From Harriotta raleighana (taxonomy: Eukaryota): DNA of 64,000 nucleotides. Positions 12,768-25,542 of the stretch are shown one piece after another; position 1 is the first letter of the stretch; each line of letters begins with the position of its first letter. The position numbers and the translations under genes are program-made. The notes below the pieces were generated by a model. The model saw only the letters and a program-made list of their open reading frames with translations. It had not been told where the DNA came from and did not search any database. The stretch is taken from positions 9,206,618 to 9,270,617 of the forward strand of contig JBNZDD010013726.1 of NCBI GenBank assembly GCA_050575255.1. The letters are read 5' to 3'.

Positions 12768-14063
12768 CTTTCAAAAATGGTCATTCGTTATTTTGGTTCG
12801 AACTGATGTTTGGATACTTGTACACAAAAAAGCAAACTTACAGAGAGTGCGTCATTAGACGTGATTGAATATAATCAGGCCGGAATAGAAAGCCCAGCGG
12901 TAAAATAATGCTGCAAGGCATATGTCCCTAATGTGTTCTTCGTAATTTGCATATTTCAGTTATTCAAAACAAATAAATAAAAATCACGTCAACAGAGTAT
13001 TTGACATTCATCAGCATCTTCCATCAGTATTCAGATCCATGCAATTTTAAATTGAACGTGTAATAAAGTTCACATTTAATTAGACTTTTATAGATCCTAT
13101 CCAATATTATAATCCAGATCAGTGAATCTAACTACTACAATGGACTCACATTATAAGATGGTGTTTGAGGTCTATAAAATCCCAGGCCACCTCATAATAT
13201 ATTTCAGAATATACATACATAGCTGGCTGACTTGCTTCTGATAAACTGGCCAGCTCTCATGCTTTAAAAAAGGTTACCAGGTTCACCAGCATCACACACA
13301 TCCCATTTATATTAAGTCAGCACCACAGCAAATGTTTACATTGGGGCAGCATTGTAGCATGAAAGAACGTTCTAAACTACATCTTAAGGTTGGGAATACA
13401 GTTTAAAATACAGTACAGTTTACAGGAGAGCAATTAACACACTGAAAATGCCTGCTCAGATGCAGGTTGAGCACTAAATCCTCTGCGACAGTGAAAGCAC
13501 ATCCTGCCAAAGTCTGCAACAGAGCTAGACATGTCAATACATGATCGTGCATGAGTATGTGGCTTGCCTGCTGATACTTTCAAAGGTCTTGGAAATGAGG
13601 GCAATCTAACAATAGAAAAGCAACTACAGTATATAGAATTCCCAGCAAATTCTACCACTACCAATGAATTAGGTTCACAACAGTCATTATACTTTTGTTA
13701 TCGATACAGCATTTAAAATCTCCGTAATTCTAAGACATTTTTAATGCCTGAGCTCTCTAAACCGTAACGTTGGGCAAAAGTCCAGGCATGCTAATCAGCT
13801 GATCCAATCATTTCCTGTGACTTATTATTGTATCTGGAGAACATAAATGTCTCTGCACTCTGTAGGAATCTAATTTAATGAATGTTCTGCTCAGTTAGAT
13901 GCAGTCTTGGTCAGAGGGCAAGGCATGTTAACTATCACAGAAAGCATACTGATAATTATTAACTCTTTGGCTTGTCAATTCCGTTGATGAAAAGGTTCCC
14001 AGAAGAGCACTAGTTCTAAGAGGTGCCAAGATATGTTTAAAGCGTTTCGAGACATTCAAGACA

Positions 14064-14285
14064 TTATTCTTGCATTTGATACAGTGCCTTATCACTCTGA
14101 CTAAACATCTTTAAGTACTTCACAAGATTTTACTGTAAAGTCCAGTGACTGTGTAATTGTGAGCAAACTACCATGAATCTTGTGAGCCAAATGAGAGTTT
14201 AATATCACAATGTAAATGGACATCTAAGCATTCTGAGACACTGCCTGGTGTGGAGGGCACTATATAAATGCAAGATGTTGTTGTT
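14064..14285. mobile_element. Minus-strand SINE tail followed by a plus-strand L2-type tail
   Basis: ATTATTCTTGCATTTGATACAGTGCC... (14064-14170) and ...GGAGGGCACTATATAAATGCAAGATGTTGTTGTT (14220-14285). Confidence 0.65.
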
Positions 14286-14358
14286 AAAGACAACACGGGT
14301 TTCACAGAGGGTGCAATGTTATATGAAGAGAAACCCCAAAATGAAATAGTTTACATAC

Positions 14359-14422
14359 TTGTTTCTTTTTGTTTTCATAAGATGCTCCTCGTGTGCTTCT
14401 TGATTAGAAGTTTCATCTTTTG
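14359..14422 (-). CDS. TCERG1L: TCERG1L coding exon ((S)KDETSNQEAHEEHLMKTKRN(K)), 64 bp
   Basis: ttttattag|CAAAAGAT...AGAAACAA|gtatgt. Ends in KTKRN as TCERG1L does. Phase 1 in and phase 2 out bridges the flanking exons exactly. Confidence 0.9.
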
Positions 14423-15279
14423 CTAATAAAATAAAAGTAATTTAAATGTAATCACTTTACAGCTAAAGTACGAATTCAAAGAAAACGTAAACACAGTATA
14501 ACTTCTGATATTTAAAATGCAGTTTTGCCAGGAGTTAGTTCTAGCTATTTCTTGAAAAATACAGCAGACAGCAACATAAAAACTAATTTTAGATTTTTTT
14601 TTATTGGGGAGGAAAGCACTGAACTTACAACAATGTTATATTTACAAGTGGTTACCAACATTATTGAGGGCCAACACAGCTAGCCAAAACATCTTTTAAA
14701 AAACTTGATCCGACAGAATGCAGCCACAAGAAAAGGACTTTCTATTTGTTCAGCTCTCTCCGTTATCCAGATCCTGTTTTAAAATGCAACCTGACTATTT
14801 TTTTGGGATCTCCTGCTATTTAAACTCAAACCTCCTTCCCTTCACACTTTCTGTCCTCCTAAATGTTTTCACTGGAAGCAGTATTTACTTGGCGGAAATG
14901 CACAGTGTAAATGGGAATAGAGTAATTTGGGAGTTTCACGGGGGCGGTTTCACTAACGGTTTGATTTACACCACTAGAGTATTAACATTGCTCTTCCAAT
15001 CAATTCTGGCTCAGCTCCCCACCTGTCTTTTGAAACTTCTTTAGAGAGCGCTTTTTGAATGTTATTATAAGGTTCGTGATAGCAGTTCGTCAGATCGTCG
15101 ATGAAATCCAAGACGATCGCTTAGAATCGTACTTCTGATCAAAGAAGACCAAATACTTGTGCAAGGGTCCTGGCTAATGCAAGGAGGCGCATTTTAATAA
15201 AATGCTTTAAAAATGCGAGTTACTTCCTTCTTTCCATGTTCACATCAATCTGTGCTTCCATGACTATCGATGGGACTTA

Positions 15280-15695
15280 AAGAAGCTGTTCGTTCTGCTA
15301 AGTCCAACTCTCATGGTTTTCTTATTCCCAATCATGTCCGTTGATTTCTCAATCTTTCTTCTGCACAAGTAGCTCTTATTATTGATTCCCTCCATCATTT
15401 AACTAACTTGATTCACACATCTCTCTTAATCTTTTTCCCCCACTGAGAAGAGACTTAACTTCCTTAGCCTTTTATCATTGTTTAATTGTGTCAAATGTGG
15501 AATCATCCTTTGCATTCCTTTCCTGAATCCTCTTCCATTTTATTTATTTTCCAACTGCTGCCGATATATTATGACAATATGCTCAATGTTTGGTTAACTA
15601 TTGCATCTAGTTTGTTCTCTTGATTTGTTGTATTTAATAGTTTACCTTAATTTTCCTGTTATATTTTCCTACGTTCAAAGGCCTTTTGTGATTTA
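15280..15695 (-). mobile_element. Highly decayed CR1/L3-like fragment
   Basis: Pyrimidine-rich stretch with a CR1 3'-end-like start (GAAGCTGTTCGTTCTGCTAAGTCC) and AACTTCCTTAGCCTTTTATCAT. Recognised by pattern only. Confidence 0.4.
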
Positions 15696-15696
15696 T

Positions 15697-15930
15697 CTGA
15701 AATAAAGCAGAAAACCCTAGGTGAGCACAGCAGGTCTGTTGGTCTATGAAAGAATAAGATAGGTTAATGCTTCAGGGATGAATCTTCATCGGGATTCATG
15801 TATTCCGATGTTCTGATGAATGATCAGTCCCTTCATGTTAACCAATCTTTTTCCTTCAGATGGTGATTGACCTGCTGTGCATTTCCAGCAGTTTCTGGTT
15901 TAAAATCTTGATTTCTAACATTTCCAGCTT
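15697..15930. mobile_element. Penelope-like element terminus as an inverted (palindromic) pseudo-LTR pair
   Basis: The left arm GCAGAAAA..CACAGCAGGTC..GGTTAATGCTTCAGGGATGAATCTTCATC pairs with the right arm CTGATGAATGATCAGTCCC..GTTAACC..GACCTGCTGTGCATTTCCAGCAGTTTCTG. It resembles the common chondrichthyan Penelope terminal repeat. Confidence 0.7.
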
Positions 15931-16506
15931 TATCGCTGCTACTTGTGATAATAAGAAAATAGAAAAATCTGCTCTGTGACAAAAAGCAACACTTTCCAAC
16001 TTGTTGAATCTCTCAATTCCTTTCCTTTCCCTCTAAATAGAATTGCTCAGTAATGCTATTCTGTGTGAAGGGTGTTATATAAATGCAAGCTGTCCTTGTT
16101 GTTGTTTGTTCTTTGTTATAAAAATGCTTTGTTATATAAAAAAAACTCTATGCAGAAATAGTGTGTGAACTCAAAGGAAGAGAATATTGTTCCATTCTAG
16201 TAAAAGGAAAACAGAAAAGGACACTAAATAGTTAACATCTGTACTCAATTTTTAAAGCCTCCACCAGACCTGAGAGTAGAAGACATTCCCTCTGCCTCCA
16301 AGAAACGAAACAACCTCCCAACATTTGGACGTGAAAAAGTTGATCAAATGCTGCCAGATAGAACTGAATAAACATATGCTTCAGAACGGTATGGTAAGCA
16401 TATAGATGTAGACTGGAATGAACAAATTCTCCAGCAGACAATGATTTTGTGCTGTGGTAAGTTGTATGTGGAGGAGATTGGCTAGAGTTTGGGTCTGGGA
16501 TAATTA

Positions 16507-17384
16507 CAGTTAACCCTCGTTGAAGGTGACTTATCGATTGCGAATTCAAGTATACAAAACAAAAGCATCACTTTTTTGTGCAGCACACGTAAAACGTATG
16601 TATACGAACTGGTTGCCCCCCCCCACGTGCAGGCGCACGTGTGAGGATGCCGATAGCTCCCGATTAAATCCGATGATTCCTTGGCTGGGTGGTCTGGCAC
16701 GTATGCACACTTTTGACGAGGCAGATCCCGACTAAAGCCAATGATTCCTCGGCTGGCTGGCCCAGCGCACAATGCATCCTTGGGTAAATACAATAACTCT
16801 TTGACCTGGAGAATCCTATGGTATTGCATGGTAAACTGAAGAGACAGAGAGAGAGAGAGAGACAATCTCCTACAGTAATGTAGCCTAGCTGTTGTTTTAT
16901 TGCTTTATTGCTTTTTTTATTGCTTCACTGCTTTTATTGCTTTATTATAGCTATAAAGCGAGAACAAAGCCGCTGTAACCTTTCTGCATCTCCTGTCCGG
17001 ACTGCCTGCAGCTATCTAGCCCCCCAAGGGGCTCTCTGCTTCCTCACTCCCCCAACGCCCGCCACTCTCCCCAATTTCTCTCTGCCCCCTTCCCGGACTT
17101 CCTCTGATTTGCTCACTTCCTAGGTGGCAGGAGAGACGAGAGCAGGAAGAGGGAGGAGGAGAGTAATAAGAGCGGGGAGAGGCGGGCGGAGTGAGGCAGC
17201 CAGCTGTAGCCCGCCTCAGTAGGTACCTTGCATTCGGATGTCCGTGGAAGCTTGAGGTCAGTAGCCTGTGACTGGATTCCCCTAACCCCTCTTTTCCCAT
17301 TACTTCTTAAACTTCTCCAACACGATTTCGTTGAGTGCGCAGTTTTCCAGGAACGTAACCCCCGCAATCGACGAGGGCTAACTG
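16507..17384. mobile_element. Non-autonomous Tigger/pogo-type DNA transposon, 878 bp
   Basis: TIRs are CAGTTAACCCTCGTTGA and (rc) CAGTTAGCCCTCGTCGA. TA precedes the element and CA (a mutated TA) follows it. The subterminal GCGGGGGTTACGTTCC is Tigger-like. Confidence 0.8.
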
Positions 17385-18035
17385 CATGTAGCTTGTGCAG
17401 TATTACTGTAGGCCAGGGCATCTCCAAGGAATTAAATGGCTGGGGTGGAGGGCTCCAAGTAATTATGGAGGGAATGGGTTTCATTGAGGTTTACTTGCTC
17501 CATTGGTTCTTTTGCGACAATGTTACAGTAGTTCTCATTGCTATACAAGATTGTCTCCTTGGGAATTAAATACATTTTCGGTAGAACAATTTAAATTGTC
17601 ACTGCGATCCTTTAGGGGAATGTAAATTCATCCCGTTTTCCAAAACACAGATAATGTAGATCCCAATTGGATTTGCTCCAAAGTTAGTTGAGATTAACTT
17701 AAATTGTTGCACCATGAGAGAGTAATGCATCATTTCAAATACAGCTTTTATTGAATTACTGTAAAATATGGATGATAAATTACTAAAATTGTCAGATTAT
17801 ATAAAAAATAGAAGTCCACATTTAATTCTGTCCATTTTATATCTCATTGATGAAGTGAATTTTGGTTTTGATTTTATTGAATAAAAACAGAGCAAGATTT
17901 TTTTTAAATGGCTTATATTTTCAAAATGCATTGATTTTTTTTAGTTCTCCGCTCCCTCAACTCTATTACTGCAAACAAAATGATTCCACATCATTTAGGA
18001 TTTTGAAAAACTGAATAACAACATTGAATATGAAG

Positions 18036-18266
18036 GATAATAATAATAATAATAATAATAATAATCCTTGCATTTGATATAGCGCTTTTCACATCTTATC
18101 GACGTCCCAAAGCGCTTCACAGAATATACTGTAAAGTGAATTGACTGTATATTTGTGGGTGGAACGCGGCAGCCAATTGCGCACAGCAGCGTCCCACAAA
18201 CAGTCATGGATTGAAATGACCAATTTTATTATTGTGGTTTTTTTGGAGGGATTATTATTAGGCATG
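18036..18266 (-). mobile_element. 5'-truncated tRNA-SINE with a (TAA)n tail
   Basis: (ATA)n-ATCCTTGCATTTGATATAGCGCTTTTCACATC...GCAGCCAATTGCGCACAGCAGCGTCCCACAAAC; close to the copy at 61553. Confidence 0.92.
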
Positions 18267-18992
18267 TGGAACCACTACTGTATAAGAAATACCCTCATTA
18301 ATTGCCCAATCTTTCCTCGTTGGAGCTCACTAAGTGATACTTGGTATCTGTGCTTTACTGAGTTCCATGGGCATTAACATGATTCAACTATGATCAGCAT
18401 CCTACTGTTTTCCTGCGCATCAAACCCAAAGCCCACTTGAGAAGGATGTCTTTCCTTCTTCCAAGCTAGGCTGGCTTCTATTACACAGGCATAATCACTC
18501 CATTTATTGAATGAGAGATCCAGAGATAGCAGCAATTCCTTGGGTTGAGATTATTCGATTAAGGTAGCATTTCAGAGCATTCAGAATTTAGGCCATTTTT
18601 AAATAATCTTTAATTTTGAAGTAAGTTTTTTTTTTTGCAAAATTAAAATTTTACCCTGGTAGAATTTCTACCTGATACACTGTAAAAACATGCTTTCAAA
18701 ACATCCCTCCTTAGATTTTGGCTCCTTTCACTTCCCTGCACTACATCATTTCCCAGCCAGAGAAGGCAAATAATGCTGGCGTACAAAAATAGCAGGTATC
18801 ACATTTTAAACTGATAGAATCTTGTTAAATAGGGGATTGCAACAATAAATCATAAGCCTTCCTTCTTTGAGTCACAGCTCAAAAGGACACCAACTCAAGG
18901 TTTGTGGAGCATTCTGCCACACTGTGTCACTAATATTTTGTGTGTTATTTGCTCTTCAATTGGCTAGGATTCATAAATGCAATTATACTCAC

Positions 18993-19147
18993 ATGTTGTC
19001 GTTTCCAACTTGCGCTTATGAGGAGGGTCTTGTATAATTTTGCTAATATCGCCACGGCCTTCAAGTTCCATTGGTTTTTCCCATACAGACAGTTGTATTG
19101 AAGGGTTGAAGAAGAAGACTCTATCATCTCCAGTCCAGACAACACAC
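18993..19147 (-). CDS. TCERG1L: TCERG1L coding exon (WW domain: (W)[51 protein letters not shown]), 155 bp
   Basis: tgtgtag|GTGTGTTGTCTGG...ACAACAT|gtgagt. Clear WW-domain sequence of TCERG1L type, visible in ORF 18964..19155. Confidence 0.97.
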
Positions 19148-19981
19148 CTACACATACAATAAGTTAGACTGAGAAGTAATCAGGCTGTGATGTTACCTTA
19201 ATTTTGCTGCGATTGATCAATTCTAATATGCTGAATAATCTAGCTAAATTCAATGATCATTTTTGCAAGGAAAATGTAATTGCATCACTTGAAAAATGCT
19301 CCCTCCCATTATTCCGTCACAAACAGTTGCTTGCAACAGAACGCAATACACCATTTCAACTCTCCTTCAAGAAACGGATTTGGAGAGAAAAAGAAACTTC
19401 GACTTCAAAAAAAATTAATTCTATTTGCAGTTTATTTGAATCCAGCAATCCTCTTTATTAGTACTGACAATTCTTCCGATATTTGATATACAGATAGATG
19501 GCACTGAGCTCCAGATTCAACTAGTCAACACAATTATAAAGAATGCGTCTAACAGAAAACTAATTGCAGTGTCGGATCATATTAAGTTTCTGTTCTTTTG
19601 CCTTTTCCCATTAAAAAAAACTATGCATACAATGTCTCACTTTATATTATCTGAAAAAGTGGGCATTTAATAGTCTGCAGCTAAAACAGGAGTTTTAAAA
19701 TGTAAAGCAATATAAGCTTTCTAGCTGTAAAAAATAATGCTTGATGGGAGTTTCAAAAGCATTTACAAATAGGGACACATATTTGGGAGTCTCTCAAACA
19801 GCAATAAGTTTATGTCTAACTTATAATTAGTGCCAAGATGCCACACAGAATCTGCACCTGACATGAAGTAGTGGACCTTTCCATTTCCAATTTGACAGCA
19901 GATTTCCTGCTGTTGTGGCATTCCTAGAATAAGTATATACTCTGGAACAGTAAGAAGTACATAAATAATAAATAGAGAGTA

Positions 19982-20465
19982 CAGTAAAACCTCAACAATC
20001 CATGTCACTCAAGGGCATGGGCAAAAATGGCCTACTTAGAGAGGTGACCTGCCTACTGAAACAGTTCGGGTGATTCAGGTCACTGATGTAATGTTAAGGG
20101 CATTGTTAATAGGAAAGCGTAATGAATATTCAACAATCATACTTGATAATCTCATTAAAATAAAGGCATTGTCACATTTAAAACAAAAGCCGTCATGTAT
20201 TCAGCCTACCTTTTGAGAATGTACTGTGTCAAACTTGCGTTCTGCCAATGACGTAGATCACAGCTAATCAGCTATGACTTTTGCCCTCACTATTTTTGAT
20301 TAAGTTTCACAATTTCATGCAACGTTGTTCTGTATAGTGAGGTACCTGGTTTACTGAAGCAGACAGCCTATCGGTTAACATTGACAATGAAAGAGACTGT
20401 GAAAGTATGCCCACAATTATGAGGTGGCTGGAATACCGAGGTGACTGCAAACTGGATTTCTACTG
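19982..20465. mobile_element. Old Tigger/pogo-type MITE
   Basis: TA|CAGTAAAACCTC ... GGATTTCTACTG|TA termini, with GAGGTGAC subterminal motifs near both ends. Confidence 0.65.
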
Positions 20466-22758
20466 TACAATTAATAGTGGAGGCAGAGGAGAGAAACACA
20501 AACTACTTGCAACCCCAGCACGTAGAACCAGCATTCCCCATTCCCCATAGTAGCAGATATGTTCAACTAATAGAGCATTCAATATTAAATTGTTAAACAA
20601 CTTTGAAAGATAAATGAATTAATAAATACTGAGGAATAGATTGAGGGCTGTGGGAATCTTTTGATGGGCACAGTGGTTTATATTGCTGAGATAAGTCAAA
20701 AGCGTCTGGCCAGAGATAAGACCCTAACCTTAATTGGTGGTATGGAGAATGGCTGGATACCCTGAGGTTTTACTTCATCGGCTTTTTATGGCTTTGGGGA
20801 AGAAAAAAAATGTTACAGTAGATCAAATGAGAGCCAGTGCTGAGGAAACTCTATGATGGGATAATTGTAAGAAGGTTTGAGAAAAAGATCGATGCTTTTG
20901 CGATGCCAGACTTTCTGATTTCCTCATAAATATCAAATTGGGAAAGCATATTGTGGNTTTCTGATTTCCTCATAAATATCAAATTGGGAAAGTTAAAATT
21001 TCAGTATTTCTAAATGCATTTCATTCCTTCATTATTTCCAGCAATAAGGATAGGAATGCATGTAAGATATGTAAACTTACTGCTATGTGGGAAATTCCTA
21101 TTAGAAATACTTTTGAAACACCTCAGTAGATATTATTTTTTTACAGCAAGTTTGTATACACTTTAAAGTTAGTGGCATTTTAAAATGTCACAGCCTATCT
21201 TGAATGACTTTTGCTCCATAAGCATGTAAACCTCAAAGCAAACGTCAGTCTCTATACTTTGATTATTTACAGCATTGTGCAATGTTACTTCAAAGATTTC
21301 TTAAAACTATATATTTTACTGTACACCTAGCTCTTTTTCAGCACAAAAGACAAATGATCTATAATGCTATTCCACTTCCTTGCAACGCAATCTGCTAACA
21401 TACTTGGAGTGTGCTTGAAGACAGATTTTCAGTTGCTTAACCTTTGATTTCTTGAAAACAATATACTGTATATTGTTGGACTCTCTATTTGTTTCCCTTT
21501 CCTGTCCCACTATTAGGCCCATTATGAGCCCCATCAAGTTGCTAGGACATATTTTAGAAAACAATATTTGCACTTTCAGTTTAATAGTAAGTATTTAATA
21601 CGCATTGAATGAAAGCTCCACCTCATAAAACACAACAGCAATTCAAATGTTGCCTTGTTTGAAACACTGATTGTCCAGTGCATTGGGATGTCCTCACAAC
21701 GTGAAAGCGCTTCACAAATGTAATGTTGTTGTTGTTATACAATGCTTAAATGTTCAAGAAAGATCAGACAGCATTAGTCACATTGCAATTGCATTCGTCG
21801 TGTAAACTGAGTAAACATAGTTCACTTTCTCTCTTGGTCCACTTAGTAAGCCTAAATTTAGTAAGACAGCAATCTTATTTGCCCTTCTATTTGTCACTTC
21901 CCTTAGATGCAGAACACAATCCAAGTAAATGACTCCTGTTCCAATCCATTGTTTATTTTTATTTATTTGTGCCACTGGTTACGCCACGGGGGAAATTAAG
22001 GTGATTTAGGGTAGTTTGATTCCATCTGTCTTTTTGCAGCTGTTGCAGATATTCATGGGAGACAGGTACAATAGGATTAGAGAGCAGCTTCTTCTCTGGG
22101 ACCTGAGGGAAAACATCTAGCAAGGATTAAGAAAACTAGTGTTGTCCTACTTTCTCTAACTAGGATAGATTAGTTGAGTTCACATCGTAGTGTGAGGGCA
22201 TTTGAAGACCATAATATCCATAAACAAATTGGAAACTGCACTTGTAGCTGCAAATTTAGGCCTACCAATACTAGTTCAAAAGAACTCTGAAACATTGTTC
22301 ATATTTTATTAAGACATGTCAGATTCACGTAGTGAAACGACAAACATGCAGTTGCTTATTTTCATAGTACAGTACTCATCTTTATATCCAGGACGAATGA
22401 TTAAATTGGAGAGATTAACTTTGAATCTGCTGAATAGAAGCTGCAGATCATATTTGACCTTTTATAAGGGATGGGGCAGCTTCATGCCAGCACTCATTGT
22501 GAGTCTGTCATTGTACAGTTAAATTATCAGTTCAGAAGTACAAACTGTATTTTAGCTCAGTTTATATGGATCTCCGGCATTTGGCAAACTCTTTAACTGC
22601 ATATCCAGGGAGTCAGAAATGTTGTAAACTTAGATACCAAGATCTTTCTTCGCAGATGATTCCACATTTGCTCCTTNGTTGTAAACTTAGATACCAAGAT
22701 CTTTCTTCGCAGACGATTCCACATTTGCTCCTTTACTTGATTAATGCAGGTTCTACAG

Positions 22759-22969
22759 CAGTGGCTTCCAAACTAAAGTTTTCGTTGTGCCCCCCCCCAC
22801 CCCTCACACTCAACTCCACATCACTCAGGTCCTCGGCTCCACACACACTCGGGTCATTGGTTCCACACGCACTTGGGAGCTCGAGACTCTAAAGCTCCGC
22901 GGCCCCCCACCCAGTCAATGGTACCCCACACCCCCAAGGGAGGCCCACCCCACGGTTTGGAAACCACTG
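22759..22969. mobile_element. hAT-Charlie-type MITE, 211 bp
   Basis: 15-bp TIRs CAGTGGCTTCCAAAC and GTTTGGAAACCACTG. 8-bp TSD TTCTACAG / TTCCACAA (6 of 8 match). Short internal tandem repeats. Confidence 0.85.
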
Positions 22970-23374
22970 TTCCACAAATACCAAAAAGCTCCGAAGCTGA
23001 TCACTATAAAATCAGGACAACAATCCTTCTTGGTGTGAAAGGTGAAACAAGAAAAGTTACATTCTAGGCGACTGAAGTAATGGGAATTGAGTAATCGCTC
23101 CTTTAACTTTCTAAGCATTCCCCAACAAAATAGAGAGTCACTTTACAGTACATTCTGTAAAATGCTTTGAAAGTTCCCTCAGAAGTGAAAGGCACAACAT
23201 CAAATACCAGCACTTTAAAAAATATATATATATATAAAACCAAGACTGGTTCTCTAAACTTCATCATGCTGTAAGAAAACTACTTCCATTCAACTAGTCA
23301 ATTATCCATTTTCTGCATCTAGTACCCACACAATTCACTTGCCCTATGGAACAAATTAAATTGCACATGTTCCC

Positions 23375-23515
23375 TGGTGCCCTCCTACCTCTCTGCCTTC
23401 CCTCATCCCAAACCTGCCCACGCCAACGCTCAGTTCCTGACCCCCGACTGTTCATCGCCTTGGGACGTCCTCCCGACGTGAAAAGCACGTTATAAATGTA
23501 ATTTTGTTGTTGTTG
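23375..23515 (+). mobile_element. L2-type LINE 3' end
   Basis: CGCCTTGGGACGTCCTCCCGACGTGAAAAGCACGTTATAAATGTAATTTTGTTGTTGTTG, the reverse complement of 551-690. Confidence 0.75.
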
Positions 23516-25542
23516 GTGAGAAGCCTCTTACAAAAAAACCTTATTTGAACTTCGCACGTTAAATGAAACAACTCAAACTCTAATCTGACCAGTCACAGTC
23601 AAGAAAGATACATGATACCGTGAGTACAATTAACGGGATTCATATCTGCACTAACTTTAATGAACCATCTTCAACATCTTTTGCTATGCTGAGCATCAAA
23701 TAAATCTTTATAACATACACCAATGTAAGCCAAAGATTTCCCAGCAACTTACATCTTTTCCTGATAGACAAGTGATTCCACAATTAATTTAGAAGTAGTT
23801 CATCCAGTGCTTCTATTTGAAGTTGATGAATGTTCACAAAAAATATGTCCCATCCTTCTCCATTAATCTAAGCATCCAATCAATATAAATCTTCACCAAA
23901 TGACCCGAACAGCTCAATGAGTTTCTGGAGCCTCATGTTAAAATTCAGAGCATGTCTCATAAATAACGCTAATTCAAATCCATCCAGCATTTAATCCCTG
24001 ACTCAAATGAATTATTTCAGACCACCTGTGTAAAGCATTTGCTCTCAGCTAAGCCTATATGAGAATAAGTTTCCTGTGATTCATTGCAGCTAGATAGGAA
24101 CAAAAACAACAACAAATGACACTTATAGAGCGCCTTTTGCGTTGGGGGGATGACCCAATTAAGTATGCAGGTCAGGGCATAATTTCCCGCGATTCAATGC
24201 AGTTGATAAGCGCAGAAGTAATGCAGGGTAGGGTAGGAGCGTTCTGAGTTAAGAGATAATAAATACGACTTGTACAAAGAAATTTGATCAAAATCTAAGC
24301 ATCCAATATATATAAGTGTATATATAAGTTAGGCGATTGTACGAGTTATAAAGATAAGACTTATGCAAGTTTTGCTATTGTGTTAACAGGATCTTTATTG
24401 GAGTTGGCTGATGACGGGACCTTGGTGTAATGTCTCACCCTAAGGAAGCTCCTCTAACAATGTGGTGTTTCCCTTAACATCGCACTGACAGCAGCAAGCT
24501 ATTAAGCGAGCCAATAGCTTAATAGCTTGAAATTAGTTTGAACATTCTGGCTCATATTTTGCATTTGGCAGTAAACAGCATAAAAAATTACCAGCCGAGT
24601 TAATGTAACCCCAAAGGAGCATGACACACCCACACACACTCAGAGCTCGGAGCATGGCCGCACAGAGAAGCATGACTGAAGAGAATACTCAGGAGCAACT
24701 TTCTCTGGTTTCAAGATAGAAATAATCTCTTCTAATTACGCCAATGCAGATGTATAAATGTATATGTAACACCAATATTTAAGTGGTGGACAACGTGTAG
24801 GCTGGAGAAACGGACTGATATCCTGTAGCTTGTAGCATTTGAGGTCTTTTATGCATGCCAAGCAGATTTGAATTATAAATTAATTAAAAGTATTCTCCTG
24901 TAACGGCAGCAAGCTTGCTGCACATCACTATTACTGTACTTGACACTGACATTTTAACAGCATCTCATGTCTTAGAACACAGCTGTGAACTCAAATCTGT
25001 TTGCTTTTCTAAATCTAAGGATCCTGTTTTGAATTTCTGTATATTTTAATCTTCCAGTTCTTTTTGTTTCAGAACGCTTGGGGATTAAATTGTTCTGCAT
25101 ATGTTTTTATTTACTAACCTCTCAGCATTCAAGACATGTACACTAGTAGCATAGGTTTCAGCAAGAACTGATTAAGTAGCTTGAATTGGTCAATGGACTA
25201 AAGAAAATAGATTTATGTTAAAAACAAATTGAAAATTCAGGAGTTGCAATTGGCCCTTGCCATTGTGTAAGAGTCAGCATTTTTTTTACACTGCGTTTCA
25301 ATTATTTACATTTTGGGGGCAATTTTCGTGCATTTTCACATTCTTTTGACCTTTCCAAACCTCGAGACTGACAGATGCACATCAAACATTCAGTCAAATC
25401 TTCATATAAGTTGTTTTCACTTGTGGTTCCCAATATTCTACATTATAAGAACTTATATACACATACAAACCTCCCCAAACAATTTGTAGTGTGCTTCGGA
25501 ATATTTAAACCTTTCAGCATGTGGAATTGACAACACTTGTAT

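Noticed and set aside
16232-17569. Cluster of overlapping 70-127 aa ORFs
   Set aside because: They arise from the GC-rich interior of a Tigger-type element and show no transposase or other domain.
20911-20993. About 36-bp direct repeat
   Set aside because: Flanks a single n (20957); assembly overlap.
22621-22733. 56-bp tandem duplication giving a repeated peptide in ORF 22566..22892
   Set aside because: Split by an n at 22677 with one SNP; haplotype overlap artefact.
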